DNA of 64,000 nt, taken from positions 15,314,110 through 15,378,109 of the forward strand of contig NC_134030.1 in the NCBI RefSeq assembly GCF_964204645.1, written 5' to 3'. Position numbers and translations under genes: made by a program. Source of the stretch: Tubulanus polymorphus (lineage: Eukaryota > Animalia > Nemertea). The notes below the pieces were generated by a model. It made no database searches and was not told the DNA's origin. It saw only the letters and a list, made by a program, of their open reading frames with translations. Of this stretch, positions 1 to 14,351 are shown in pieces (the first letter of the stretch is position 1; every line of letters begins with the position of its first letter).

Positions 1-899
1 CTCGTAAACCTGTAGGACTCGCGAACGCCGGACTCGTGAAGTCTTGGACTCGGACCTGATATTCTCGGAGCATTCCTCTTTTGGACGAATTATCGGTACA
101 TGTGCATTCAGGTTCAATTCTTTATTGACAGTAACCTAATAACTAATTTTAAGTTTCAAATAGGATAGAAAATACATTTAGAAAATCTGCTGGTTCAGAG
201 AGACCGTAATTACAGTATCAATGTACACCGTGGATTACCCGTGGCTGGATCGAGGGACTACGAGTATGTTGGTTTGTCGGTATGTCGGTTTGTTGGTTTG
301 TCTTGAAAAGTACGCTGCCGAATCACTTCTTTTCTAAAAATGTATCTTTGAGCGGGGAACTATTCCACACTATACTGGACTTGAACCCAAATAATAAAGG
401 AAAACGGAATTTGATAAACTAAATGTATTAAGAATTATAAATATATACAAGACCGAAAATAATATAGTATATGATACCTAAAATTAGCCTAAATTACTGA
501 AGGAAAGTCCTGGAAATTATACTTTACCCAGGTTAACTGAGAATAACTGAGGTCCGGGTCCGGTACGATCAAGAGTGCCTGGTCCGTGAATGCATGGCCA
601 TTTATAGGGGCCACGCTACCAAGCACTGTTAATCCGACACGGATAAATGGTTCCCAATAGTTGCTGGTCGAGAAAAAAAAACTGGAAAACAACCATCTCC
701 CTGTCATAAATATGCCATACTTGAATAAAGCAACCTTCTTCCCAGAAACTAACTGAATTGTGGGACTGTTTTTAGTGTCAAAAATTAAGTCAAATTTTTT
801 TAATGACATGTACACATGTGGGTACAACGTCCTCTTAGAAAATTGCTAAAGGACACGATTTTGTTTGCCCACTTCATCAAATCTTAAATCATATGAAAG

Positions 900-1050
900 T
901 GTAACCGGCTGGTTGTTGTATCGGCAGGCTGGCGGGGGAACTAGCATTTACGCCAGCGGTACAGGATTCCATCCATCAGGAACAACAAGGCAGTTAAACC
1001 TTATATGTACAATCTTTATTGCATCCCGGAATGAGAATGGTTATCATAAC
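900..1050. repeat. Dispersed repeat, possibly an LTR end (second copy at 8695-8843)
   Basis: About 150 bp shared between two loci. Both begin TGTAAC; AATAAA lies on the minus strand. No TSD seen. Confidence 0.6.
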
Positions 1051-1542
1051 TTAACGTAGTCTTTATATACAGAATCATGAGTATAATGTGAGAACTAGGT
1101 GTCAGACAAGTTGTAGACATCAGGACTCACAAACAAACACCTAGTGACATGGTTGAGAGACATTAATTAATAATCGATGACCACTGACTATAGCTAATTA
1201 CTGTGAATACATATTGAGTAGTCTGACATGTTGATAATGATAAAGCACATATTGACACTATAGTCATAAGTTATATTACATTATATTATTATTATTATTA
1301 TTGTCATTATTATTAATATGTAGTAGAGCTATGAAATATTATGAACTGTTCGATATGGCATTGTAGATCTATATGATTATAAAATATGCGTTTTATATCA
1401 GGGTGACAAAAGCCTTGACTATTTACTTCAAATAATACAAACTTGTTATACATGAAGATAAACTGAGAATGAGCTATTCTGTATCCTTATGAATTTGGAT
1501 TTTCCCATGAAATTCCTGCGGAGTAATAGACACTACGTAGTG

Positions 1543-1782
1543 AGATAAATGAAGAAAATCCCACACTTTGAATTTAGAATTATGCGATCAAATTTATTAT
1601 TATGAAACCACAACATTTCGGCTGTTGACTAACAGCCATCATCAGGTGGAATGACCAGAAAAACAAGTAACAAAGCATATATACTCACAGGATCTAAAAT
1701 AGAAGCAGTGTGTCAAAACTAAAGATAAACAGACCAAGCAATAAAAACATCAAGAAGAACCATAGAAACCTGAGCAATTCTA
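1543..1782 (-). mobile_element. Solo Penelope-like pseudo-LTR fragment
   Basis: Closely similar to 18691-18928. Contains a variant hammerhead-like motif at 1608-1649. Confidence 0.75.
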
Positions 1783-1919
1783 CGTAGTACCTAGTAGTTC
1801 CTGAGTACTTAGGCTATAGGTTAAAGATGTATAAATCAGATGATAATCAAAACCCAGGTACAAACATAGCATTCTGGGCTTAAATATGATCCTCCTTGGA
1901 TCTCTTGTCATAATTCTAG

Positions 1920-2032
1920 GGAGAATTGATAGCTTTAACACAAATTGCTACAGGATTAATGGCAGAAGAACTGAGATTCCAAAGATTAGACGTGGACGCA
2001 TCTCTTGCAGTCGACATGTTCAAGGATAACCA
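1920..2032 (+). CDS. MRPL39: MRPL39-like gene, internal coding exon (first visible)
   Basis: ttctag acceptor, gtgagt donor. Translates GELIALTQIATGLMAEELRFQRLDVDASLAVDMFKDN(Q), resembling the LPFETLEV..ALEIF region of mL39. Ends in phase 2, matching the next exon. Confidence 0.8.
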
Positions 2033-2599
2033 GTGAGTATCTTGAAAATGTTAAAGTATGAATTTGTTGATCTTCATTGTTTTAATTTTGAATCTAGCAA
2101 CGTATTTGAAACACGATGAAATTTTATTGCCATTGAAACTTGTGAGAAGGGTGTATTTGTGGTTAGATTTGGTGGCTCCAAAATTTATGTATAATACTCA
2201 TACCTGTTTACATACGACCCGTGTTAAAAACACAGTAACACAGTTGTAACAAATTTTGGGCGCAGATGCCATGGCATTATGAATTTATTTGTTTATTTAT
2301 TTATTTCAGTATTAAATCGTAACAATGTGTACAATGTGAGAAATAAAACATAATGTTGTTATATAAAACTGGGGTTTCAGAAAATTCAAGGCTTGTTAAA
2401 ATTGAAACCTTGAAAAGGAATGCTTTATATATAAAATGTAGTGGTTTGCTGATAGAGAACTACTTTTCAAAATTAACTGCCATAAATACAGAAATATTTA
2501 AATACCCTAGTATGTTGAATGAATATAGCAGCTAAAAGTGAAAGAACAAAAGAGAAATATAGCTGTAAAGCAGCGATTACGGGTTTCTGCCTTGCTGGA

Positions 2600-4394
2600 T
2601 AAGGTGTGCCACCTAGGGGGTCAGCTGATAACATGGTTATGTTGATTCACATGGGCAACTACGCGAAAAGTTCTTATGTACCAAGGTTAGGGGAAATGAC
2701 ACCGAGAATAACGAAGATACGGTACTTTTACCATGCCCAAGCGGCAGTTGTATCAACTAATTTTGCCGGTTAGGATACTACTGAATTACAATCGACAAAA
2801 TGGATGCTTCAATGAGTTTTCAACATTTAGGCCCCTAGTGGTTAGAATAGGAACTAATTTTGTTAGGGGTTCGTTTTATCTTATATCCAGGTACATGTAT
2901 ATCAATTCTCATAGCAATCCCTTCATCTGCCCAGTAAATATCAATGAAAATGCATTTCCCACAACTTGTAGGTGGCGCTACTGAAGCACCATATGAGTTA
3001 CCTACTTAAACCATACATCAATACAAGTGTCTTGTAAAGGGCTACTAACCACACATTGCAACCTCGATTCTATCACCAACGGTTAAGGACCTAGGAGCAA
3101 AAATCGTTGTTTTCACTGTCCCCTGGTGGCAGTTGTATGAACTAATCATGCAGGTTGGCATATTACACACATGTCTTTGTACATATACCAAGTTTTGTGA
3201 TTTTCGAAAAAAACAGACCGCATTACATGCAAAAAATTGTTGCTGAAATTAGTTTTCAAAATATACGCCCCTTAGAGAGGGGTTCATTGTATTTTGTAGC
3301 CAGGTACATGCGTATCAATTTTAATAGAAATCCCAATATTCGCTTAGTCGATATAGATGAAAATGCGTTTTCCAGCTTCTTATAGTTGACGCTACTGGAG
3401 AACCATATGAGTAACATAGTTAACCCATACATCATTCTCACACAGCACTTTTTGGATGTCAGAATTTTCAAAAGTAAAACACACCCCTGGTGGGTATCGA
3501 GGTCCCCAATTAAAGAGCCATTAGACTTACCTCAAGGCACCAGTGTTCTGACATCTCACGTAAGTTTCAAGTAAATCCGTCAAGCAATATTCTTGTTTCT
3601 AGCCAAATTCGTATTAAAGCCTATATATAATCATCCTCCCCCGGCAGGGATTCGAACCTGATGGCATCGAGATTGCCACGGCACGAAACCCTGCCATAAT
3701 CGACCGTGTGCGCAGATACATGCGCAGTTCAGATGATGTGATTTTAAGCCAATCAGAAATCCCGTTTTATTTAAGCCTGGGTTTTCCCATTTATAGTTCT
3801 TCCTTGAAATTTGCCTCAACGATTATACAACGAGCAATCGGATTGGTGCCGCCAGTTTTCTTTCGGAAAGCTGCGCATGTACCTGCGCACCCGGTCTACT
3901 GATGCAGGGGTTCGTGCCGTGGCTGAGTGTAGCGATGCCATCAGGTTCGAGTCCCTGCAGAGGAAGGATGATATATAATGCTCACTTACTTGTGTTGCCG
4001 AATTCAAAGCTATATATGATGCTCTCTAACTTGTGTATACGGCACAAACACAAACAAGGCTGTCAAGAACAACTTTCGTGCTCGGCCGAAGCAGAAAACT
4101 CAAAGACAAAAATTTTTCTCACACTGACTTTTCGATGTCAGAATTTTCAAAAGTAAAACGCCCCCTGGTGGGTGAGCAGGGTCCCCAATCAAAGATTTCG
4201 ACTTACCTCAAGGTACCTGTGTTCCGTACATCTCACGAAAGTTTCATGTAAATCTGTCGAGGAATATTGCAATGCTAGCAGAATATAGTCATTCAGGCTC
4301 TCACATATAGATAGCTGCATTCATTAGCTCTATCCAGGGAAGTTACTGCAAGGATGCTATTGCTTGTATGCGGCACAAACAAGGCTATAAAAAT
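2600..4394. repeat. Degenerate composite repeat with internal duplicated blocks, Helentron/HINE-like
   Basis: About 2820-3010 resembles 3260-3430, and about 3432-3580 resembles 4110-4258. GCGGCACAAAC-AAGGCT motifs recur. Boundaries approximate. Confidence 0.45.
3631..3971. mobile_element. Palindromic MITE
   Basis: About 100-bp imperfect inverted arms (TCATCCT..GCAGGGATTCGAACCTGATGGCATCG / CGATGCCATCAGGTTCGAGTCCCTGC..AGGATGA) flanked by TA runs. Confidence 0.7.
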
Positions 4395-4399
4395 TCCTC

Positions 4400-4570
4400 A
4401 GTTGCATTCACTCGAGACTGACCTCATTCAGTGCGCCACCTATATAGTAGCAAAGATGAAAAATACTAAAAAACTACAGATGTAGTTGCATTCACTCGAG
4501 ACTGACCTCATTCAGTGCGCCACCTATATAGTAGCAGAGATGAAAAATACTAAAAAACTACAGATGTAGT
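4400..4570. repeat. Tandem duplication, about 84-bp unit x2
   Basis: AGTTGCATTCACTCGAGACTG...CTACAGATGT repeated. Confidence 0.9.
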
Positions 4571-4858
4571 ACACAGCTCTATCACTGCTTATAGGGACAC
4601 TGACACGAACACACGTACTGACGCGCTGTGGGAATGGCACGTAGGCAATACACATACGTAGATGGATACTGTTTGAATCGGGCTTAAATTTCGCTGTTTA
4701 GAGGCTCACAGTGAGTAAACAGTGCAATTCTGATTAATATTATATACAGTATTTGTCAATGCAGCGTAGTACTTGTGATACAGAATGGTTTCACCGACAG
4801 TGAAAGTAAGTTGCAGTTGTTTATATCCTTTCAGTAAGATCCAGTGTGAAAAAGAATA

Positions 4859-4869
4859 TAATAATGATG

Positions 4870-4909
<40 letters not shown>

Positions 4910-4921
4910 TAATAATAATAA
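4859..4921. repeat. (TAA)n microsatellite
   Basis: Seen directly. Confidence 0.95.
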
Positions 4922-7626
4922 ATAAAAATATTCAAAATATTCAAACTTTTAAAAATTTTTAAACTTTTAAAGGTTTTTATTGACTGACTTATTTGATTCC
5001 AAAGTTTGGGACCCTTTACTCCCAGTGGAAATCTTTAAACATTAGTATAGTAATAACTCAAACAGAGATTAGTCCTAGATCTAGTATGTTGATTATGAAT
5101 TGATGCATTTTACTCAAAAAGATCAGTGAACCTGTGGGGTAGAAGGTTGATCATTGTGGAGATTTGATTTTTCCAGTTTAGTTTTTGGCGAACCGTAGGT
5201 TTGCCTATGCAAACCGTCTGGTGAAGCAGTTTTCATTGAAAATGAATAGAGTACCGGTGTGTCAGCAAGGCACAAACATAGGCTGTTGAACCAATAGTGT
5301 TGATTTTCGGTACCATGGTTTGGCTTAATGAGTTCTCGAGCCCACAAAGATTTCATAATGATCGAGTTATTTTTAGGGGACTTATTCTTGAAAAACACGT
5401 AAAAACCCTGCGTTTTAGCACTAAGTAATGGCATGTTTTCACATATGAGAATTTGCATACTTGGAATTGAAATATATAAAAGTTCAATCCTTCCTGGAAG
5501 TCTGGATGTACTTTTCGACCAACAGGCCCTCACTTTATATTCGACCAACAGGCCCTCACTTTGTAAACGCCCTAAACTTTCTCGCTTCTATTTTTCTGAG
5601 TTGACCTTGTTACCTGAGCTACATTGAACGTGATTGGCTGTTTGTTGGATATATGGGAAATTCCGGGATCTTCTGATGTAATTGGGAAACCCATTGGAAA
5701 ACCCAATGTGGAAACCAAAACAAAATGGCGAGCATTTCATTTGACTAGGTATCGTATGTTCGCTTATAATTTGTTCGGTGTTACGAATATAACCGAGTAG
5801 GCTATTCAATTCAGTATCCAATCTAGCAAGTATGGCGATTCCAATGGAGTTTTGGCTTAGATTTGTCTTGTCAATGCCTTAAAGACCTGCTAACCTGTAT
5901 GGTTTAACCGCAGTCGTCGGCTTTTTGTGAACAGTGTTACTGCTCTACTCTATTCAATTTTAGTACGTTCTTTGGTGGAATTGTGAGCGGTGATAAATTA
6001 ATAATGGACTAAATAGTCTGTAGACAATAGCGGGCAGTTGAATGCTCTCAGCTTTTCATCGAATCAACAGTCAGCTTTTTCAACTGATTTAGAGGTGGGA
6101 GCTAATCTACACACATATACCCTTATATATATATATCGCTATCGTACTATGAAAATCCGTGCAAAGCGATCCATAGAGAATGTACACAAACACAGATGAG
6201 ACTGGGAGAAGTGGAGCATTGGGCGCGTATTTTAATTTAATTCAAGGATGAAAAAGTTTGGAAATTGCGAGTATAATAATATCTTGTATGTATTAATCGA
6301 GTAATAAAGGGCTAAGAATTAATGAAGTGATTAGATTTAGAATAAAATATTGTTGTTTTAAGAGTTTGTTCAGCATATCGTCAGTTGATGGTCTTAATTC
6401 GGTGATCTATTCTACATTCGATTGCAATCCAAATTGATCTATAGTTAGTATAATATTTTTGACAATATACACTCAATGATTTGATGGTGAGCCACAGGGC
6501 CATTGGACCTTTATTCATCAATTTGAGCGCCTTAAAACTTTATATCTTGAACCCACCCTGGTTAGGGATTTAGCATCTACAAACAAGTTCATTGGGATAT
6601 TACAATGTCTTCTGTTTACCACAATGTAGTATGTTTTTTAAAAGATTTAACGAAATGAAATGAAACATATATGAAGTTAAGTTGCTCCTATGCTGTATCC
6701 TATTCTCATTAATAACGCAGTACATCTGAAAAATGTAAGGGCTTAGCATCAATTTATTCTCATAACTGTAGAAATCTTAACTGATTTGATGAATGGCTGA
6801 ATAAGTTTATCCTTTTCAATGCTGCCAAATGTTAACCATAAGTGCTGGAGATATTTTGAAATTCCACCCCAGTACCTCAGTGACATTTTTTTTTCTTTGA
6901 ATACCACATTTTTGAAGAAATTAAGTAAATTCGCCGTCGCAATATTTAGAATCTGTCCAAAATCGACATTTGGTCGCGGCAATCAAAAATTGCTTCCAAC
7001 GCCCCTGTATCTTGAGTAGACTAGTGGTTTACTCTACTTCCCGGCCAGATGTTGTGGTTAGCAGTTGGAAAACTAGACAAAAATCTAGATAACTAAATTT
7101 CTTTCGAGATTTTAGCCCCACACACATTAGATTAAACACATCATGTTTCTGGATGAGTGTGGATTGGTTTTAACTGGTTTGCTGCGCAGGCTCTTGCACT
7201 ACCAGTGTGTATTGCATTTGGGTAGCTTCTGCAGCCAGCCCTACATTGGAAGAGTTTGTCAAGACTTTCAATATTCAGCCACCCTCTAATTGGCAATATA
7301 TGAATGTTATCTGAATATTTCTCATATTGTGAAAAATATTCTTCCAAAAAATAAAATAGTTTCCCCACCTACCTGTACCCTACCTTAAATGTCTATTTTT
7401 ATGGACTTTCGCTTTGGCTGGTCCATTTTGCTATCGCATATGAAACTTTCTTCCTTTGGTACAAGATAACTTTCAAACGAGGCTTAGTTTCTCTTTGGAA
7501 CTTTCAAAACATTCAATGCAGTAATAAAATCTCTAACCCTATTGAATTTCATCAGAATCCATTGCTTATTTATTAATTTAGTTACTTATTTGTTGTTGGA
7601 ACTATATTTCGTTTCGGAAGAACACA

Positions 7627-8626
7627 CCCAGCTAGCACACAACGTTCATACAACATTCGGAAACGTTCGTGAAAGTTGTGTGATTTTCTAAACATTGTCA
7701 TCCAAGAGCCTGCAGCAAATTATTAGTTAAGTCAGATATCATCAATATAGCCCGTTTTAAGCAAATCCCGACGTGGATTCCTATGGTTTAATACCATTGG
7801 AAAGCAAGATTCAAACTTTCGGGAGTAAAGAAAAATATGGGATTCGAAACTGATGGATATCGTGACATATCAAAACAGGAAGTGTTCGCCATTGTTCAGC
7901 AATCAGCTTTAAGCGGCGTGTTTAAGGGATTTAAGAATCATTTATTTACTAAGGTACGTTATTCAATCCACAAATTTTGATACTTTCAATATATGGAAAA
8001 ATACCAATAGAATGTTTTTGAAACAATCTTTTATGTAGAAACCCACGTTAGAGACCTTTTCGTCGGGTTTTATATCAATGAAATGACCTAAACTGTTGTT
8101 CTCCAATAACAAGCATAACAATCCCTGTATGTATGGATGAAATGAACTTCAAGGCTTAACACAACTGTGAAAATAAAAGTTTCTATATTATTTCCTTTTT
8201 ATTTTAGGAATCACAAAGGCTGCCAGCTACGCTGTAACCACGACGAGTGGTGCACTGGAGAACTAACTTACGAGTGAATAATTTCGATATTATACATGTA
8301 TATATACGTAGTTACAAAATAAAAGTTAGGTAAAATAATTCAAATATTAGTTAGTTGAAAGGGATTTATTCGAGATCATGAAAGAGGACATCATGGTTAT
8401 AATGTAACGTCATATGAACATTATTAGAACGTTTTTATCAAGCTCAATGGTTGCAGAGAGGTTGTGAAGTAACGTTCAGTCAACGTTATCAAAAACGTTC
8501 TGTGAACCTTAAATACATTTACAAAAAAACGTTCTACAAACGTTGCACGAACGTTCAACATTAACGTTAAAACGTTAGTGAAAAACTTTTAGAAAACGTT
8601 CTTTGGACGTTTTTTTGTTAGCTGGG
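7627..8626. mobile_element. Non-autonomous TIR element (CCCAG termini, CMC/EnSpm-like)
   Basis: CCCAGCTAGCA ... TGTTAGCTGGG, with clustered AACGTT subterminal repeats at both ends. TSD not clear. Confidence 0.6.
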
Positions 8627-8694
8627 CCTGCCCTTTTACATATATTCATGCTTCACACACGTGCGTGATACATTATACTTGCTGCTTTGTGGTG

Positions 8695-8843
8695 TGTAAC
8701 CGGCTGGTTTGTTGTATCGGCAGGCTGGTTGGGAACTAGCATTTACACCAGCGGTGCAGGATTCCATCCATCAGGAACAACAAGGCAGTTAAACCTTTTA
8801 TGTACAATCTTTATTGCATCCCGGAATAAGAATGATTATCATA
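8695..8843. repeat. Second copy of the 900-1050 repeat
   Basis: Direct sequence similarity. Confidence 0.65.
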
Positions 8844-10116
8844 ATGAAAAGTCACAGATGGTTTTTATGCTGGACGCCAAATATCACAATAAATCTATCA
8901 ACTAAAACTGGGCGAGTGGCTCAGTTACTATGATGGTTGTCTATTTTTAGAGAAACTGACGACGACCTACGCACTGAAGAGAATGAATGCATGAACAACT
9001 TACATGCAATTTTTTTAGAAAATAAAGCGAGACGATTTTGAAGAGTAAAGTCTATTTCGATGAAATCAAATGGGACATATTAGATAAGATATTTTACAAG
9101 CAACAGCGCCGAGGCAGCGTGGCGTGTAGTGAGAAGAACATGCCTCAATACGTGGCTTAGTTGTAGTTTTTCAGGAAACCAGGTACTTGGCACTTGGCCA
9201 GGGATATGAATACAATGTCACACTCACGTTGAGGCTGACTATCACTGCTACATATAATTTTTTTGATGTGTTACCTTTACTCAGCTCAAAAAAAATCCTG
9301 CTAGATATTATATGACACAATATCAATGATGCAGTCAACAAAAATGTATATAAACTTCATTTGCGCATGCATTTATTGATGATCCTCCGACGCTAAACAA
9401 ACGTTATTGATCAGAGACACGTGCCATATGCAGTGAGCGCTCTCGTAGATATTGATAGTAGGCTCCGAACACTGAGCTGCCAATCATTCTAGAGACCGCC
9501 GTTATCTTAGAAGTTGGCTACGTTCCAACTACTAGAACATTTCACGCATCCGATTTCATAACTTTGTAGGCACATCTTGTTGATTTAGCTTCCCGTAAAT
9601 TACGCATACCACAACGAAACCGAAAAAAATTTAAGCAGGGCAGTAAAAAACATTAGGCAGGGCGCTGAGATTTTAGCATGGTAGCATTAAATTTTAGCAG
9701 GGCGACCCGCCCTGCTAAAACAGCCCGTGGAGAACACTGACTTTCATCTTGGGCTTTTTGATTACTTGGAGCACGGATTCTCTGAAATTCTGCAAAAAAT
9801 CTTTGAATATAGGTATTCATTTCCATTCATAATTTGAAAAAAGAGATTTTTTCTTCATATTTTCTGTCCTTATTTTCGATCTTATTGTCTGTAAAAAGTC
9901 AGTTTTCTCCCATCATTTGGATTCAATCCATTTCACTCTTTTTCATTTGTTCTGCTTAATAGTGTTACAATTTAATTTTGATGCTGATTAAACATAGACT
10001 CATGTAAGTTTAGGAAAGTCCATAATAAGAAATGTGTTTCTTGTTAACCTTTTTTGACTACAAAATAATTAATTGAAATAGATGAAATAGAACTTTGATC
10101 TCAAGAATTGTAAAGA

Positions 10117-11376
10117 TTTTTAGCCCACTTGGGACTTTAGTCGTCCGCCCGTCCGTAGACGGAATCCAGTTATTTTGGGAAGTTTTGAAGACGCTTCTAG
10201 GTAATGTCTTGATATTTGGTTTATACTTGTATCTACCCTAGACACATCTTCAGCCCGAAAAAACTGGCCCTGTCAGAATCAAGATGGCCGACTGGCAGCC
10301 ATTGTTGTTCGCCAAAATCCGCACTTATTACACGTTTTTGAACTTTTTGAGGGAAATTTTGAAGAAGCCTTGATCAATTACCTTGATCCTTTGTATATAT
10401 TTGTATATATCAGCATAACAAAAATTGGGTTGATCGGACTCAAGATGGTCGTCCTAAGACCTTTTAAGTTCCCAAAAATGTTAATTTTGGCCCGAATTCT
10501 GAGTCCTGTAGCTTCCTACTGGTTTGCCATTTCTCATTGCAATTGCTGATGGGTATTCTTTGTAAATGGATGTTTTATACCTGAGACAGGTATTTTTGAT
10601 CAGCCAATTATGACGCAATTGGCGGCCATCTTGGTGTCATTAGTACTCATTCGTAGCTGGGAAAAAGTTTTTTGATACCTTACCTTTTGATACATTATAT
10701 TGATACCTAAGCATATTTTGTTACAACAATGAATTAGAATGTTGTAGCTTATAACGTGTTCTATGATTGTGATGAGTTTCAAGTTCATTGGCCACCAGGG
10801 GGCATTGAATAATACAATATCTTAGTATTTCTATATTATATTTGTACCAATACATATTTCGTTACCACAATCAATTGCAAAGTTGTAGCTCATGACATCG
10901 TCTATGATTGTGGTGAGTTTTAAGGAAATAAGTTATTCTATATGGTCACCAGGGGGCGTTGAATAGTAGAATAACCTAGTATTTCCTTATTATATTGGTA
11001 CCTAGGCATATTTTGTTACCATGATCAATTGCAAAGTTGTAGTTCATGATATGTTCTACAATTATGGTGAGTTACAAGGTTATTGGGTTTTGAATATGGT
11101 CACCAGAGGGCGTTGAATAGTAGAATAACTTAGTATTTCCATATTAAATTGGTAACGAGGCATATTTTGTTATCACAATCAATTACAAAATCGTAGCTGC
11201 TGAAATGTTTTATGATTGTGGTGAGTTTCAAGGTCATTGGTTTTTGTGGGCATGGTGTCCCTGGACCCCTAGTTCATAAATGCCCTTGCCAAACAAGCTC
11301 CAGTTTTCAAGGTAAACCACTTTGCCCATGGGCTATTTATTCATTCTTTATCACAGTCGGTGGACTTATTTTTTTT
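10117..11376 (+). mobile_element. Helentron-associated non-autonomous element (HINE-like)
   Basis: Starts TTTTTAGCCCAC followed by a GTCC-type microrepeat. Internal tandem array of about 150-bp units (GGTCACCAGGGGGCG), a distal TGGGCTA inverted motif and a T-rich end. Confidence 0.55.
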
Positions 11377-11543
11377 ACTACGCTTATTAAAGATTTCAAG
11401 TGGTCACTTTTTACCGTGGGTCTGTCAGGTAACAGGAAACAATTTTTTTAGGCCTAGCTGCTACTGAGTAGAGCAGGCTCATTCACAATTTGGCAGCTGA
11501 CAAGAATGTCGATCAAGATAACATCTTTGTTATAATTTTTCAG

Positions 11544-11691
11544 ATATAAATCTCAACAGATTCCTGCAATCGCTGCTAAATCGGAGACTGGTAATAATGT
11601 AACGCTCTACAGGGTGAAAGATCATATAGATATCAGTAATGGACCTATGATTAGTAATACATCTCAAATAGGGAGATATAGCATAGTTGGC
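11544..11691 (+). CDS. MRPL39: MRPL39-like gene, coding exon
   Basis: ttttcag/gtaagt splice sites. YKSQQIPAIAAKSETGNNVTLYRVKDHIDISNGPMISNTSQIGRYSIVG resembles the mL39 motif V.LHRIGDFIDVSEGP.I..TS. Confidence 0.88.
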
Positions 11692-11835
11692 GTAAGTTCA
11701 TTAATTGTGACATAGGCATATCGTTGAAGGGGGGTACGTGTAACTTAATTCAGATGAGTCATGCATCCCTTTCTTTCACATGTAAACCCCTTTCATTCAG
11801 GTTATCTTATGAATGATTATAATTTTTTTTATTAG

Positions 11836-11910
11836 GTAAATCCTATAGACACCCCAGATTATGGCTGTTTGTTTCGAATACAAGGCCTATCAACTCCGAA
11901 ACAGCTCTGG
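11836..11910 (+). CDS. MRPL39: MRPL39-like gene, coding exon
   Basis: attag/gtaagt; 25 codons VNPIDTPDYGCLFRIQGLSTPKQLW (compare RFQGVSLP of mL39). Confidence 0.85.
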
Positions 11911-12541
11911 GTAAGTTAAGTCAGATTCCGTAAAATAACGAGTGTGGTAATTTAGAGACATCCCTTTCAGTAAAAACTATCATGTTTTCTGCGCCCCGGG
12001 GTGGCTATGAAAATTTTGACAATCATCTGGATACATTAATTCTACCCAAATTGAATTCAGAAAAAAGTTATCATCCATCTAGGTATGTGCAACATGAATC
12101 GACATTAAACCGATCCGGATTCGATTAAGATCAATGCATCTACAGCGTTAGCAAAGGCAAAAGGATTTCTCTGTTTTTGTTTGAATTTTTGATTAACATG
12201 TTTTTCTGTGGACCTTCTACCCTTTGATCATTACTAGGAGTTTTACCATCTTAGGGCTTCCTCCTACAGGGAGGGTTTCAAACCATTTACCGCTCAGAAA
12301 TTGACTTAACTGATTGCTTCTTGTATTATCATTTGTCTTGGCAATTCACAGATAGAAATGATTGGAATTAAATTCGCAGATAGAAATAATTGGAATTATG
12401 CAGGATAGAATTAAGTCAATTTCTGATGGCTGCCAGTGTCATCACATCAAAGCTGGCTATGTGTACGGTGTATAGTTGACAGGTGTTCGGTGATAGTTTT
12501 TCATACCATGTTATTAATGCCAAAATTGTATCGTTTTCTAG

Positions 12542-12589
12542 GTTGATTGGTGGACATGGGACATTCTACTTGAAAGAGCGGCTAAATTG
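12542..12589 (+). CDS. MRPL39: MRPL39-like gene, coding exon
   Basis: ttctag/gtaagt; VDWWTWDILLERAAKL (compare W.KLLERSRK of mL39). Confidence 0.85.
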
Positions 12590-13027
12590 GTAAGTTATGC
12601 AATGGAACTAACTTAAATAAAGATCATCTCATACTCATCTGGTTGAGGGGAAATGCAGATAAGTCCTATTCTAATACCCGGTTGATTTTGCCAATAGAAA
12701 GATAGCAATTGTTTCTGAACTCTGCGCAGGTTCTGAATATCTTAAAAAGCAAAAACATAGGCTATTTCTAAGCTCCATCAGTAAAATGAATCAAGTGAAC
12801 TTGTCCATGGACTACCTTGTGGATCATGGATTGGAAATAGAGATTCTGGAAAATATTTCGTCAACTTTGCCTATTATTGAACTTTTCAATTTACATTAGA
12901 TGTATCGCTTGATCAATTATCTTCATAATCTTGCCTTGAAAAAAGCCCCCAATATGAAGAAAAACCCAATTGAATTGAACTTATTGAACATTGGCGATAT
13001 ATTCAACCATATATCCTACAAGAAATA

Positions 13028-13498
13028 CCGTAAAAACCAGCGTATAAGTCGAGTTTTTGATCCTTGATTTTACCACTAAATTGTTGACCTCGACTGAGTA
13101 CCGTTTTCTACTAAGTATTTTCAGGTCACAAGAAATATTGATTCTACCAGACAAAACAATTCATTTAAAACGATGTATTCATATATGCGCGCTCATAGCA
13201 GCGCTTAATACATTAGGCTATATATAGCCTGTGACTCGCACTACTGTATCACTGTATGGTAGTGTATTATACCTTAGTGTGAGTGTAACAGTCTATTGAT
13301 TAACACACAGCAGGAATCAGGCCGACGCGCGGCGGCGTGCGTGAAGGCGCACATCGTTATCAAAACAAACTATTCAATATAATGATACAAGTAATTATTC
13401 TTCTAAGAGAAGGGACTCGACTTATAAGCCGGATATATGTTAAAATCATGAAATGTAGGTCTAAAAATCGTCCTCGACTTATACGCCGGTTTTTACGG
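13028..13498. mobile_element. Tc1/mariner-pogo-type MITE
   Basis: TA|CCGTAAAAACCAGCGTATAAGTCGAG ... CTCGACTTATACGCCGGTTTTTACGG|TA. Confidence 0.85.
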
Positions 13499-14351
13499 TA
13501 TACCCTATGCTTTGTTTTTTGCCGATATTCTCTGAATTTGGGTCCATCACCACTGATTTTTTCATACGATACCCTGGAATTGCGGTGTTGAGTTTAGCCA
13601 CCAGCAATATCTGCCATCTTTTCTGTCTGGTGTACTGGAACAAACGTGTTTGGATAATCACCCAATCACTTTGGGATTTTGGGTAAGAGAGGCTAGATGC
13701 TCTCTAAACGACGAGTCTGCTTGGTTTGGGGTTTTTTCTTTCACATCGTCATTAGCTGGCAATAACGTTGCTGTCGTATAATTAGCTATCCCATAATATT
13801 TCTCCTTGGCTTCTTGCTATGGTGTGTGTGTGTAGCTAGTTAATAGTATAGTTTCAATTGAAACTCTCCAGACTCGATATACAGCCCCTTGGACTGATGC
13901 TAAGGGCAGTCAAGGCTGCTTTAACCGAGAAACGCCTTTTCTTTTCTTCTGGACCCAGCCTTCCAGTTTTCCTAGATCCTTCTGATTAGTTATGTCATTC
14001 ATCGCTTCTGCGCAATATCTTGTAAAAGTTTGGTTTGGCCCTTTATGTAAGTGCTATTGCAGCAGGCAATCTTTTCCAGATACAGACCTTTGCCAAATTG
14101 TTATTGGAAAACTTCTATGAAACTTTGCTGGTATATTGTAAGGTTTTAATGATGACAGGACTAGAGTGAGTCACTGGGAAATCAGTACCATGTATCAATC
14201 ATGCAGTCCTATAGTGCTTATCGCAGTCCATGGCTCAACGTCACAACAATGTTTTTAGCATTGGTTGACGTCTATGACAACATGCCAATGCTAGTAAAAT
14301 GGATCAAAAGTTTTGGCAAAAAAGCGCCGACACTTCTCATTTTCATAGTAT

